This document shows positions 25,797 to 35,742 of a stretch of 42,204 bases of DNA, in pieces. Source of the stretch: a virus (Duplodnaviria > Caudoviricetes); IMG/VR virus record IMGVR_UViG_3300039216_000097, positions 1-42,204 of that record. One strand, given 5' to 3'. The translations under genes were made by a program, and so were the position numbers. Every line of letters starts with the position of its first letter. Position 1 is the stretch's first letter. Below the pieces are notes generated by a model. It had not been told where the DNA came from and made no database searches. It saw only the letters and a program-made list of their open reading frames with translations.

Positions 25797-27038
25797 CTAC
25801 TCTTCTCCTGGCAATGCCGTCGTTTCCGCCGCGGGGATTTCCTCGTTGGGGTCGATCTTCGCTCCGCGGGACTTCTTGTACGAACCTCGCGTGTGACCGG
25901 CGGGGGACTCCTCGGGCTTTTCCGGCTCCTGACTGCTGTTCTCCGGTCCCTGCTCCTCGAACCCTTGCAAACGGAGTTTGCGCTCGGCCAGCGCCACCTC
26001 GCGTTCTTCGCCGCGCAAGCTCATCAACCACGCATCGGCCATGGGATAACCCGCCATGTACGTGGTAAACGTGTTCACCGGCGAACCGCAACTGCAGAAC
26101 GGCGTGTCGGGCTCGGGCTCCAGCTTTTTGCAACTCTGGCACTTCCGCAACCGGCTGTCGGCCTTTGCCTCCGTCTCCGCGCCGGTCAGCGAAAGCATCT
26201 GGTTCAACCAGCTTTTCTCGCCAGATTTCGGTTGCGGGGCATAGCCCAGGTGGATCGCCCAGCGATACCATACCCGATCATTCTCGCTGATTTCCCGAAT
26301 GCTTTGATCCTCACTCCACCTCTGCTGCGCACGGCTGATGGTGGCGTCGGCAAAACGCTTTTGGCCCGCAAACATGCGCTCGATGTACTCCTGCAGGTTG
26401 ACCTTCGTCGTGCGATAGGTCTTCAGCGCTTCTTTGCCGATCATCCGATAATGCGCAATTGGAACCTCGATGATCTGCTTGGCGGGGTCTTCCTTCGCCA
26501 ACTCGCGCTCCAGCGTGTGTACGTCGCCCTTGAATACCAGCAGCCCGTAAATCCGCCGAGCGTCTTTCGGGGTCGGTGGCAGCACCACGCCGGCCGGGGC
26601 CATGAAGAGTGGTGAAAAATGCTCCAGAAATGAGTAGGCAATTGCAATCGGCAAAAGATACTTCACCTGCTGCTGTGGAACGACCTCGCCTGGGTTTCCC
26701 ACTCCCTTGGCGCCGATCATTCCGCCATATATCTTGGGAAAGCGGCACGTCCACAGGTGCCCCACGCGGTCTTTGCCGTCGTAGGGCAAACGAATGCGAG
26801 ACACATCGGGAGGCAGTCGCACGTCTGAAGGCGAAGGAACCTTGTACTGCTTCAGCAGCCCTTGCAATCCAATCTCGACGGGATTGAAATTGACCACGGT
26901 GAAGGGTTCCACCTGGCCGGTCTCCATCAACTCTTCGTATTTTGCTCGCGCTTCCTGAGCAAAAAGCCTCTGCGCCTCACCCACTTCTGAGTTATCGATT
27001 GCAGTCGTGCCTTGATACCCCAGCGCCGCCGTTGCCAT
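25797..27038 (-). CDS. Hypothetical protein with C-terminal zinc ribbon
   Basis: 413 aa; CQSC...CSCG; GGAGA RBS. Confidence 0.8.
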   Translation of the reverse strand: MATAALGYQGTTAIDNSEVGEAQRLFAQEARAKYEELMETGQVEPFTVVNFNPVEIGLQGLLKQYKVPSPSDVRLPPDVSRIRLPYDGKDRVGHLWTCRFPKIYGGMIGAKGVGNPGEVVPQQQVKYLLPIAIAYSFLEHFSPLFMAPAGVVLPPTPKDARRIYGLLVFKGDVHTLERELAKEDPAKQIIEVPIAHYRMIGKEALKTYRTTKVNLQEYIERMFAGQKRFADATISRAQQRWSEDQSIREISENDRVWYRWAIHLGYAPQPKSGEKSWLNQMLSLTGAETEAKADSRLRKCQSCKKLEPEPDTPFCSCGSPVNTFTTYMAGYPMADAWLMSLRGEEREVALAERKLRLQGFEEQGPENSSQEPEKPEESPAGHTRGSYKKSRGAKIDPNEEIPAAETTALPGEE

Positions 27039-27111
27039 GCCTATTCTCCATCTATTCAGTGGTGGTTCTGGGGTTGGTCCCTCAGATCCTTGTTCCCGTT
27101 CCCTGCCAGCA

Positions 27112-27789
27112 TCATCCCGCCGACAAGTGACTGTTCATTCCCATATCGCTCATCAGCCCATCTCGCACCCGCTGTGCGGTGGCGCCGATGGTCGCCAGCA
27201 TCGGGTCAACGATTCCCCGATGAATTCGGTTTACATCCTCGGCGTACTGTTCTGCCCGCCGTTCTTCCCGCACGCGCGCCAGATAAAGATGCCTGCTCAG
27301 CCTGGCCGCTTCGTTGCCGGTCATCGCGTCCATTTGCCGCATCCACTTCAAGATCTCTGTCTTCCAAAAATCGGCGCCGTGCAATTCCTTTTCAAAGCTG
27401 TCATTGACCATCTGGTATTCGCCATGTCGCGGGAACTCACCCAGCAAGCGAGTCACCTCATCCTGGCTGGTAATGTTTTCCCAATCAACCTGACTGCCCC
27501 AGACATTTGCCGGGAACCACCGCTCCAAACAGTATCCCTGGCCGTCATACTTTGGCAGCCACATCTCGCCAGCGCTCCAGGCCTCGGGTTCCACCTCCGG
27601 AACAGGTTCAACGTCGTCAGCGCACAATTGCGGCATGTGCCGCATTTGCCCAAAGCGTTGCTCTAGCACATGCTCTGCCAGCACAACCCTCCACAGCGGC
27701 TTGCCAAATGGATTCAACCCACCAAAACGGGTGATCTCCTTCACCAACGCCATCGGAATGTCGAGCAATGCGCGCTCAGAGGATTGCAT
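27112..27789 (-). CDS. Hypothetical phage protein
   Basis: Long ORF with G.NPFG.P.WRVV and LERW.P motifs; start at ATG 27789 after CAGGA. Confidence 0.75.
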   Translation of the reverse strand: MQSSERALLDIPMALVKEITRFGGLNPFGKPLWRVVLAEHVLEQRFGQMRHMPQLCADDVEPVPEVEPEAWSAGEMWLPKYDGQGYCLERWFPANVWGSQVDWENITSQDEVTRLLGEFPRHGEYQMVNDSFEKELHGADFWKTEILKWMRQMDAMTGNEAARLSRHLYLARVREERRAEQYAEDVNRIHRGIVDPMLATIGATAQRVRDGLMSDMGMNSHLSAG

Positions 27790-28579
27790 GGTTTCCGTCC
27801 TGTTTGGCTTTCGCGTCCGCGGCGACAATAGTCAAACCCACATCGTCGGGTTCACCAAATGCCAGCATTTGCGTTTGCATGAACCTATCGGCTGAAACTT
27901 CATACACCGAACAATAACCCAATTCCGGTCCGTTTCTGACTGGAATCTTTAAGTTTCCTCCACTCAAATGATTTTGAAAGGAATCGGATTCGCCAATAAA
28001 AGCAATCACACCAGACAAAACCCTGGCATCATTTCTTCGAAGTTGCACGGTTGGAAAAAGACATTTCCGGTTGAATTTCTCCAAAATAGCTCCGCCAATC
28101 TCTGCTGGCGTCAGACTTACGGCCATGCGATGCACGACAGCCTCATCGGGGGCTCCGATCCTGGTTGCTCCAACTGCTTTCCCGTAGATCAGTGGCGCAT
28201 CAATCCTCAACATGGATGCTTCAAATGTTTGGCCGCTCCACCTGCATTGAAATCTTTTTTCAAACGGAACCTCTTTTCGCGCTGGCAAAGAATATCGTTT
28301 CAAAATTCCATCCATGCGCAACGGGATGTCCGTAAAGTTCAGCACTGTGCAAACCGGGGTCGCCCCTAACCGGGTTTTTTCTGATTTCACTTCCATTTGA
28401 AAACGACGCTCTTCATATCCTGCACTTACATCGTCCGCCAGCGTAGGGAGAAGCGCCAATATCACACGCCAGTTTTCAAAGATCAGCCGCAAGTTGTTCC
28501 AAATCTGTCCAATCTTCAGCCTTGCCATTGTCTCACCAAGTTTCTTCATTGGTTTCAGGCCAGAGCGACGACCCTTCAT
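27776..28579 (-). CDS. Hypothetical protein, diverged paralog of 25797-27038
   Basis: Collinear similarity blocks (see findings); start codon uncertain. Confidence 0.6.
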   Translation of the reverse strand: MKGRRSGLKPMKKLGETMARLKIGQIWNNLRLIFENWRVILALLPTLADDVSAGYEERRFQMEVKSEKTRLGATPVCTVLNFTDIPLRMDGILKRYSLPARKEVPFEKRFQCRWSGQTFEASMLRIDAPLIYGKAVGATRIGAPDEAVVHRMAVSLTPAEIGGAILEKFNRKCLFPTVQLRRNDARVLSGVIAFIGESDSFQNHLSGGNLKIPVRNGPELGYCSVYEVSADRFMQTQMLAFGEPDDVGLTIVAADAKAKQDGNHAIL

Positions 28580-28628
28580 TGCATCGTCGCTCCGCCCGGT
28601 TGACTACCTTCATCGGCGCATCGCAGCG

Positions 28629-29933
28629 CTACACCGCGTCCGCAAATCCCGGTTCAATGCCCAGCGTGGTGATCACGCCATTCCACCATGGCAGCTTGCC
28701 ATAGTAGTTGCTGCTGTCCTGGTAGTACATGTCAAATTCGCTCAGCCAGCGGCCGTTTTGGTCCATCCGCGGCCACCAGAGAGTGTTGCCTCCGGCAAAC
28801 GGCAAAAACTTCTGCGATCCGGGATAGCGCACCGCGCGTAGCCCACTCTTGCGCAGCGAATACAGCTTGTCGATCGCGGCGGTCGATTCCGAGATCACCT
28901 TGCGGCCGGAGATCACCCACTCATCGGTGCCCTTCGGTCCGATGTCATAGTTGGCATTCTTGCCATTTTCCATGAAATAAGTGCTCTTGGCAAAACCCAG
29001 CGTCTCGGCCGAGGTGGCCTGGGCAAAGTGGGTGTACCAGAAGCAGTCGTCGCCACCGTCCATCCAGCTTGCAGTGCCGAGCGCCTGCTGCTGCCGGGCC
29101 TTGAAGATGCTGATCGTTCCCAACGTCAGCGTTCCGTTGGTGGCATTCAGTGCAGGCGCTTGTACCCAGCTCAGACTCCGGTCGACACCGTCGTAATCGC
29201 CCGTGTTGCTGGGGTCCACAAAGTATTCCAGGCCCTGCAACCACAGCGGAGTGCCGCTGGTGACGCCCGTGGGAATGAAGTTGCAGCCTGCGGCCAGGCC
29301 GGCCGGAACGTTGTCGATGGTCACCGTATCGCCGGCGCCAATCGAGGTCGAAAACTTGTCGGTGCTGGTCACCACGCCAATCACGTTCAGGTTGGCATCG
29401 GTCACCTGATACCGCTCATAGGCATCCAGCAGACGGGCGCCAAAACTGACGTTCGCCAACGGCACGATGTTGCCGCCGGCATAGCTCGGGTCAACGGTGG
29501 CCAACACGCCATTGTTGAAGCCTTGCAGATAAGTATCCCGACTGTGCGCGTGCTTGGTTTTGGCGTCGCTGACCATACGCGCTACCGGATCAATCGCGCT
29601 CACATCCTTGCCGCCCTCGGCGATCCACTTCATCAACTGCGTTGCCGTCCAAGCCGAAATGACCGGCACAGGCGAGATGATGAACTGCGAATACCCAGGG
29701 CCAAAGCCCTGCGGCAGACTGCCACCGTCCGGCTGCCAGCCTCCGGAGTGGCCGCCAATCGAGAACTGAATCCCGTGACGGTATTCCTGGAGCGATACGT
29801 CGGACCCCTTCTCCACCCAAAACATGCTTTCCAGCTTGGAGTCCATGTTCTGGGTCAGCTCAATATCCCGAGCCACCATCTGCAAATCCAGCGGCACTTG
29901 GGCCGCTGCAGTTCCAAAATCCTGAACAGCCAT
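28629..29933 (-). CDS. Major capsid protein
   Basis: 434 aa, directly after the scaffold-like gene, strong AAGGAG RBS and GC-biased codons. The GLE.FVD...T.DY.GVDRS...W motif is typical of P22-coat-like capsid proteins. Confidence 0.8.
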   Translation of the reverse strand: MAVQDFGTAAAQVPLDLQMVARDIELTQNMDSKLESMFWVEKGSDVSLQEYRHGIQFSIGGHSGGWQPDGGSLPQGFGPGYSQFIISPVPVISAWTATQLMKWIAEGGKDVSAIDPVARMVSDAKTKHAHSRDTYLQGFNNGVLATVDPSYAGGNIVPLANVSFGARLLDAYERYQVTDANLNVIGVVTSTDKFSTSIGAGDTVTIDNVPAGLAAGCNFIPTGVTSGTPLWLQGLEYFVDPSNTGDYDGVDRSLSWVQAPALNATNGTLTLGTISIFKARQQQALGTASWMDGGDDCFWYTHFAQATSAETLGFAKSTYFMENGKNANYDIGPKGTDEWVISGRKVISESTAAIDKLYSLRKSGLRAVRYPGSQKFLPFAGGNTLWWPRMDQNGRWLSEFDMYYQDSSNYYGKLPWWNGVITTLGIEPGFADAV

Positions 29934-29957
29934 CGCAATTCTCCTTGGCGACGACAG

Positions 29958-30024
29958 ATTTCAGTTTTCAGTTTTCAGTTTTCAGCCGCAGGCTGATCCC
30001 CGATCCCCGATCCCTGACCCCTGT
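29958..30024. repeat. Heptamer tandem repeats (TTTTCAG)x4 and (GATCCCC)-like x4
   Basis: Directly visible upstream of the major capsid RBS. Confidence 0.85.
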
Positions 30025-30219
30025 GATCTTGTTTCAGGCCATGATGCGCGCAGGGCCATTGCCCTCCGCGGACGATTGCATTGTCCAACCATTGCCTTGC
30101 CAAGTTACTGCGATGTGCGTTCGATTGACCCGCTTCGAAGTCCTTTTGCGCCTGAGCCCCCCGGTAGGGCGATACACGGTGACGCGGACCAGAATCGGTT
30201 CATTCGGTTCGTACTGATC

Positions 30220-31962
30220 TTACTTCTTCCTGCTCAACTTGTGAACCTGCGTAATCAGCATTGCCTGCCGGTCGCGCGGGTTGGCGCTACCCCACTCCGG
30301 CAGTTTGCTGGCGGCTTCTTCAGCCGCCGCCATAATTTGCGCGTCGCTGGCGCCCTGCGGCAAGCTCGATCCGCCCGTCGATGGCTCGGGGTTGGCGGCT
30401 TGACGCCGGCGATTCAATTGCTCTTCTTGCTTCTGCTGGTCCACCTTCACCAGCGCCTGAATGCGCGCCACTTCCTTGTCAACCAGCCCTGGAATAATCT
30501 CCACCGCCTTGCGCTGGTAATACTCCTGGCGAATCTTGCGGGTCTGCTCGTTACGCGGCAGTAGCTCGTGCTGGGTAATCTCCAGCAGGGTTTTCGAGCC
30601 TGGCCGCATCAATTCCTTTTCAAATTGGATGAAAAGTTCCGCCGAGATCCGCGGCGTATTCCATTCCTTTCCGTTCTGATCCCGGTATTTCTCTTGCTTG
30701 TACATCTCTGGGATGTAGGCGCCAGATTCTTCAATTCTCTCCAGCGCCTCCTGCATGATCTTGCCGGCGGCCAAACCCATGTCGCCGCGCACGTCGGCGT
30801 TGAACTTTTGGGCAGCGGCGGTGCGCTCTTCCTTGTTGGCGCCCTTCTTCTGATCATCAAGCTCCTGCCGTTGCCGCGCCAAATCGGCCTGCTGCTGCGC
30901 AAACCAGGCTTTCTGCTCCTCGGTGGCATCGGCGGCCAGCGCCGGCGCGGGCGTCTCGAAAATCGAACCATCCCGAATCTGATCCAGCACCTGAAGCGCC
31001 AGATTTCCCAGTTCCAGGTTCTCCAGACGCTTCTGGTCGGCCGCCTTTGCAGCCTCATTCGGATAGTAGCCGCCCAGTTTCGCCGTCAGTTGCTCGATCT
31101 CCGTCTTGAATTTCCCAGAAAACTTCTGCAATTCCCGGTTGACCAGGCCGCCCACCACCGCCGCGTGGTCCGCGTCGAAGATCGGCTGACCCTGAGCGTC
31201 CACCACCGGGTTGCCCTGCGCATCCACCTGCTGAAACTGTTGATCGAAAATGCTCAAAAACTCAGGCACGCTCTCAGGGTTGTAAATCGTCCGCAGGCTG
31301 GCCGTCTTGAGCGCCACCTGGTTCGATGCCTGCTCCTGCAAAAACTGCGCATCGCCTACGGTCGGCGCAATGGCCAATATCGGCTCCGCCTCCGCCAGCT
31401 TGCGCGCCAAAGCAAAGACTGGGCCTTTAACCTCGGGATGCGCGTCCATGAACGCGCCAAACTCCGGCGTTTTCTCCATCAATTCAGAGAGTTGCCGCGG
31501 CGTCGCCGGGGCGGCTTCCGCTTGCGGCGGTTTTTGGCCATCCGCTATCTGCTCTTCAGTACCCTGATTCGCTTGCGTGGCGGTGGCGGTCTCCGTGGCG
31601 GTGGCATCGGCAGCCTGGGCATTTTCGGTCGGAGCGGCCGCGCCATCGGGATGCGCGCGCCACCACTCATTGTTCGCCTTGGCAAATTCGTACTGCCCAG
31701 TCGTCGTGTTTGGGAAGTCGGTAGCCTTTGGCGCCTCAGCCCCCTTTGGCGGGGCTGCCGGCGCAGCGGGAGCCGCTCCAGTTCCAGGTGCGGCCGCGCC
31801 GCCAGTCGGCGTGGCCGAAGTGGCGGGCGTCTGAGGCGTAGCCGGGGTAGAACTTGGGGTGCTGCTGGCGCCTTGCGAGGGCGCGCTCGACGAGGCCGGC
31901 GCTGAAGAAGCCGGGGCGGATGCAGGTGCGCCCGATGAAATTGGAATTACCGGAGATGCCAT
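30220..31962 (-). CDS. Putative scaffolding protein
   Basis: A/P/T-rich disordered N-terminus, coiled-coil body; between portal and capsid genes. Confidence 0.6.
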   Translation of the reverse strand: MASPVIPISSGAPASAPASSAPASSSAPSQGASSTPSSTPATPQTPATSATPTGGAAAPGTGAAPAAPAAPPKGAEAPKATDFPNTTTGQYEFAKANNEWWRAHPDGAAAPTENAQAADATATETATATQANQGTEEQIADGQKPPQAEAAPATPRQLSELMEKTPEFGAFMDAHPEVKGPVFALARKLAEAEPILAIAPTVGDAQFLQEQASNQVALKTASLRTIYNPESVPEFLSIFDQQFQQVDAQGNPVVDAQGQPIFDADHAAVVGGLVNRELQKFSGKFKTEIEQLTAKLGGYYPNEAAKAADQKRLENLELGNLALQVLDQIRDGSIFETPAPALAADATEEQKAWFAQQQADLARQRQELDDQKKGANKEERTAAAQKFNADVRGDMGLAAGKIMQEALERIEESGAYIPEMYKQEKYRDQNGKEWNTPRISAELFIQFEKELMRPGSKTLLEITQHELLPRNEQTRKIRQEYYQRKAVEIIPGLVDKEVARIQALVKVDQQKQEEQLNRRRQAANPEPSTGGSSLPQGASDAQIMAAAEEAASKLPEWGSANPRDRQAMLITQVHKLSRKK

Positions 31963-32078
31963 GTCGTCCTCAATCCATTCCTACGAATTTTCATATCCTA
32001 CCACTGAAATCTGGCGATGTGAAGGCTGTGCAGACCCTCACATCGCCCGTTACAGCACAATTTTAGATGATGCGCCAA

Positions 32079-33164
32079 TCAGTTTGTTGGGCTGCCGCCG
32101 TCAGATATGGCGCCCTCCGCCGCTGTCGTGTCAGGCTCTTGGCCGGCTGTCGCGTTAACGTCCCCACCCGCGGATGTTGCATCCACTTGCTTCTCGATGA
32201 CGCTTGGAGCGCTCGCCTGGTTCTGCTGGTTGTCCACTGTCTTCTGCTCTTCACTGTCCGAAGAACCCGCCGCCGTGGTTGTCGCCAAAGCCGCTGAGGG
32301 AGAGTCGGTGACGTTCGGTGCGCTTGTTTGGCATATCTGGTCGCTGATTTCCTCCACGCGCTGGGCGGCCTCGCGCAAAACGTAAACTAAAACCTTCACT
32401 GGGAAGTATTCTGGCGAGTTCTGAGCCTCGGGATGGTCCTTCAAAAAACCTTCAAGCGATCCATAAAGAACGTTTTTTGGTGCGCTTCCGAGTTCGTAAC
32501 GTGCTGTGGCATCGTCGCAAAACATCTCGACGATGCGAACACCTTGCGCAATGACCGGCTGAGTTTCTGTGGAAGTCAAAATACCGTTTGCGCTTTCCGA
32601 AGCCGGCGTGGGCTGGTCTTCGACCGGCGGGTGAGCTTCCACGTAGCCGCTGAAAGCCTCATTCAAAATACTGAAATCCTGCTCAAGTGAAGCGATTGTG
32701 GCCTTCAACTGTGCCACTTCCACGCTGTTGGTGTCAGGCCGCCAGCCGATGGTGCGCGGGTTGGCCTTCACCTGCGCCAACTTCTCTGCGACAATCTCGG
32801 CGCGCTTTTCCGCGTCGGCTAGTTTCCAGTCCAATTCCCGGTACGCCGCCTCTTGGGCCACGCTCTTCAGATACGCTTCATCTCCTGCGGCTGAAAGCAA
32901 TGTCGCAGCGTAGATCTTGACTGGCGTCCCCTGCTCGTTCAGATAGATGAGGTTCAGACTCAGCGTCGCGCCTCGAATCGCGCCGCACAGTCCAAAGTGT
33001 GGTTCGCCCAACGCTATAGCTTCATACTCCACGCTGCCAATCGCGTACACCACGCGGTCGCCTAATTTCACAAAGTGTGGTTCTCCCAACGCTACAGCTT
33101 CATACTCCACGCTGCCAATCGCGTCCACCACGCGGTCGCCTAATTTCACATTGTCTCCTACCAT
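32079..33164 (-). CDS. Hypothetical protein with duplicated 26-aa N-terminal segment
   Basis: AAGGAG RBS; VKLGDRVV.AIGSVEYEA.ALGEPHF twice; acidic low-complexity tail. Confidence 0.75.
   Translation of the reverse strand: MVGDNVKLGDRVVDAIGSVEYEAVALGEPHFVKLGDRVVYAIGSVEYEAIALGEPHFGLCGAIRGATLSLNLIYLNEQGTPVKIYAATLLSAAGDEAYLKSVAQEAAYRELDWKLADAEKRAEIVAEKLAQVKANPRTIGWRPDTNSVEVAQLKATIASLEQDFSILNEAFSGYVEAHPPVEDQPTPASESANGILTSTETQPVIAQGVRIVEMFCDDATARYELGSAPKNVLYGSLEGFLKDHPEAQNSPEYFPVKVLVYVLREAAQRVEEISDQICQTSAPNVTDSPSAALATTTAAGSSDSEEQKTVDNQQNQASAPSVIEKQVDATSAGGDVNATAGQEPDTTAAEGAISDGGSPTN
32993..33150 (-). repeat. 78-bp tandem duplication with 3 mismatches
   Basis: Units start at 32993 and 33071. Confidence 0.9.
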
Positions 33165-33177
33165 CGGTTTCTCTCCT

Positions 33178-35742
33178 TCATGCCTTCAAAAGCTGCGTTT
33201 CCACCTTGCCAGCCGTGTCGATCACTTTGCCCGCGGCGGCCACCTGGCCCGTAATGCTTCCGTCTGTTTGCGAGGGATCGATTGCTGCCAGCCGCTCGCA
33301 CAGTGCAATCATATCGGCGGCGGCCGACCGCAGCATTCCCAGCGCCTGCTGTTGCGCCGGCGCATTCGGGTCCGGCGGCTGGCTGGCAGCCTTCACCTTC
33401 AAGTCAAGCCCGGCCTTGCGCACACCCTGCTGCGCTTGCATGTCCTGGCACAAGCCAAAATACTGCTCAATCTGCGAGTAGCCCAGCGGGTTCTTGATCC
33501 GTAAATCGGCGTTCTCAATGTAGAACTCCGTAATCGTCGGAATCACAATCTCAAAGTTCTCTAAAATCGATGGCTCGACGGGCAACTTTGAACCAATCGA
33601 CCCATCCGGCTGCATCACCGGCTCCGCCGTGCGCTCCAGCAGCGTGTTCAGATCTTCCAGCGTCTTGGCGCGCTGCGCGCTGACCGGGCTGATGATGTTC
33701 GGGTAAAGCACCGACCCAATGGTCTCCTGATTCACCGGCACATCAAAGATCGCCTGCGCTACCGGATTGCCTTTGGTCAGTTCCTGCACCAGCGTGGTAA
33801 AGCTCTCGCGGATCTGCTGCGCCGTCTGTGGCAGATCCTGGTCTTCGTCGGGATAGACCTTCACGCGGCCCTGCATTTTTTGCAGGTTCACGTAATTGGT
33901 GCGGAACTGTTGACCTTTATCTTCAACAACCTCCGCAATCTCCTGTGCCGCGCCGCACTTCAGCAGCATGGTCAAACATTCAATCGCGTTCTGGGCCGCC
34001 TGCGCGTGTTCTTCCTTCACGTTTTCCCAGAAAGGCTCCATGCCCGTGCTGCCGGCCTGCGCCTGCATCTGCTGGCCGCCCAACGTCTCCACGCCCGGCG
34101 TAGTGCCGTTACCCGTCAACTGCGCCGGTAGCCCGTTCAGCATCTGCGCAAAGTTCAGCAACATGCTCGGATACATACCCAGCGCAGGATTCACCGGGAT
34201 CTCAAAATGCAAAAAAGCATCGGCCAGCGTCTTTTGTGTGGCGCCAAACTTCGTTGGAACTGGGATCACCGTGGCGGGAGCCAGCGTGTTTCCCTTCCAC
34301 TTATCGCTGTCGATCATCGCCGCGTCGATCAGGTTCATGCCGCAGCTTGCGCGCATCATCCAATCGTCGTAGAGGTACATGGCGTTGTTGAAGCGCTCGT
34401 TGAAGCTGGTCACGTTCTCCGCAATGCTCTGCGAATAGATGCCGTGGTTCTCGTGCAGCCGGCCCAGCGACCATACTTTGGTCAGCACCGACTTTTTCAC
34501 ACCCACAACTTCCGGGCCAAGCATGGTGATCCTCAAGCCATCGGGCGCTGCCTTCATCATGCGCGCCACATACTCTCGGTCGCCGGTGCGATTGTAGGCC
34601 ATCGGCTGCACCCAGACCTGGCTGTATGTCGGCTTCTGCTGGTCCGTGTCCGTCGTGTAGCCCGTGCCCATGGCGTAGCTCTCGCTACGCCGCAACTTGT
34701 CGTAATTGGAGTTCTGCGCTGTTGACGCCTCGGCGCCCTCGTGGATCTTGTCCCAGGCATCCGGGAACATCATGCGCGCTTCGCCAATGTCGATTTCAAA
34801 GTCAAAAGCCAAAATCGGCGTCCCAGCCAGTTCGTTGGCCATTGGGTCGCAATCCACTTCCAGCGGCGAGTGGATGGTCTGTTTCACCATCGCCCGTGGA
34901 ATCTTCTGCATCCCCACTACGCCCATGCGCGGCGCGCCGGGTTCAGCCGGATAAAAGCTCTCTTCGCCCATCTGCTGCCCGCAACCGGGGCATTGCGCGC
35001 CATTCTCGTCAATCTTCAACGCCGCCGCCGGCGTCTCCTTGCCGCATCCCAGGCAGCGCATCCGGTCAGGTTGATCTGCGCTGATCTCACCAAAGACCGG
35101 CTGGGTGTCGTATCCGCTCCAGTTGCCGTCGAGCACTCCGCGGGTCTGTTTGAAGTAGGTTCCGTACAAATAGAGCATTTCAAACTCGCCACGCACCATC
35201 TGGCGAATCTTGTTGCGCCGCTCGATGATGCCCACGGCCTCCTGCGCCGCCGACGCCGTTGTCATGTCGGCCAAAATGCGCGCGTCCTGCGGCTTCACCA
35301 CGGTGTTGGGAACCTCGCGGCTCATGTTACCCACAAACGTCTGACCTAGCAACAGCGTCATCGGGTGCAAAAAGCGCTGCAGGTGCGTTGACTCGCCGTC
35401 GCGCACCTTGTCCGAACCCTGATACCAACTGAGCGCATCCACCCAGTTGCCGTTTTGCTCATCGCCAATCCAGTCAATCACCTGGATGCCCCGATAAAAC
35501 AGCACATTTTTCAGCCAAATCTGCTGCCGCGCCAGCCGGTCGGGGCCCCACTGGTTTCTGTACATGCCGACGATTTTGACGGTGAGGTTGATGTCGTCTT
35601 CGCTTAGATCGAGCTGCATCCACTGATCTGCCGGCGCGCCTAAAGTGGGGTTTTCGGTACTGGTCGCCGCCACGGCGCTCGCTTCAGAGCGGCCAATCCC
35701 GGCAGGGACTTTCATCGGCAATAAGCTCGTCCCTGCAGCCAT
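33178..35742 (-). CDS. Portal protein (P22-like, large)
   Basis: 854 aa, helical; W..N..FY.G.Q start, SPLEV..DP and G...PGV.T.GG motifs; upstream of scaffold and capsid genes. Confidence 0.8.
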   Translation of the reverse strand: MAAGTSLLPMKVPAGIGRSEASAVAATSTENPTLGAPADQWMQLDLSEDDINLTVKIVGMYRNQWGPDRLARQQIWLKNVLFYRGIQVIDWIGDEQNGNWVDALSWYQGSDKVRDGESTHLQRFLHPMTLLLGQTFVGNMSREVPNTVVKPQDARILADMTTASAAQEAVGIIERRNKIRQMVRGEFEMLYLYGTYFKQTRGVLDGNWSGYDTQPVFGEISADQPDRMRCLGCGKETPAAALKIDENGAQCPGCGQQMGEESFYPAEPGAPRMGVVGMQKIPRAMVKQTIHSPLEVDCDPMANELAGTPILAFDFEIDIGEARMMFPDAWDKIHEGAEASTAQNSNYDKLRRSESYAMGTGYTTDTDQQKPTYSQVWVQPMAYNRTGDREYVARMMKAAPDGLRITMLGPEVVGVKKSVLTKVWSLGRLHENHGIYSQSIAENVTSFNERFNNAMYLYDDWMMRASCGMNLIDAAMIDSDKWKGNTLAPATVIPVPTKFGATQKTLADAFLHFEIPVNPALGMYPSMLLNFAQMLNGLPAQLTGNGTTPGVETLGGQQMQAQAGSTGMEPFWENVKEEHAQAAQNAIECLTMLLKCGAAQEIAEVVEDKGQQFRTNYVNLQKMQGRVKVYPDEDQDLPQTAQQIRESFTTLVQELTKGNPVAQAIFDVPVNQETIGSVLYPNIISPVSAQRAKTLEDLNTLLERTAEPVMQPDGSIGSKLPVEPSILENFEIVIPTITEFYIENADLRIKNPLGYSQIEQYFGLCQDMQAQQGVRKAGLDLKVKAASQPPDPNAPAQQQALGMLRSAAADMIALCERLAAIDPSQTDGSITGQVAAAGKVIDTAGKVETQLLKA

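Noticed and set aside
25705-26271. 188-aa - strand ORF overlapping 25797-27038
   Set aside because: Alternative frame of a better-supported gene, with Arg/Gly-rich shadow composition.
29945-30217. 90-aa + strand ORF (MATTDFSFQFSVFS...)
   Set aside because: It is a translation of heptamer repeats, antisense to the operon, with a TTG start and no RBS.
29028-31905. Long + strand ORFs (29028-29996 and 30568-31905, also 9313-10227)
   Set aside because: They are antisense shadows of GC-rich real genes, with no RBS or recognisable motifs.
32013-32047. 10-bp stem hairpin upstream of the scaffold gene as a terminator
   Set aside because: There is no convincing U-tract on the coding strand, so its function cannot be assigned.
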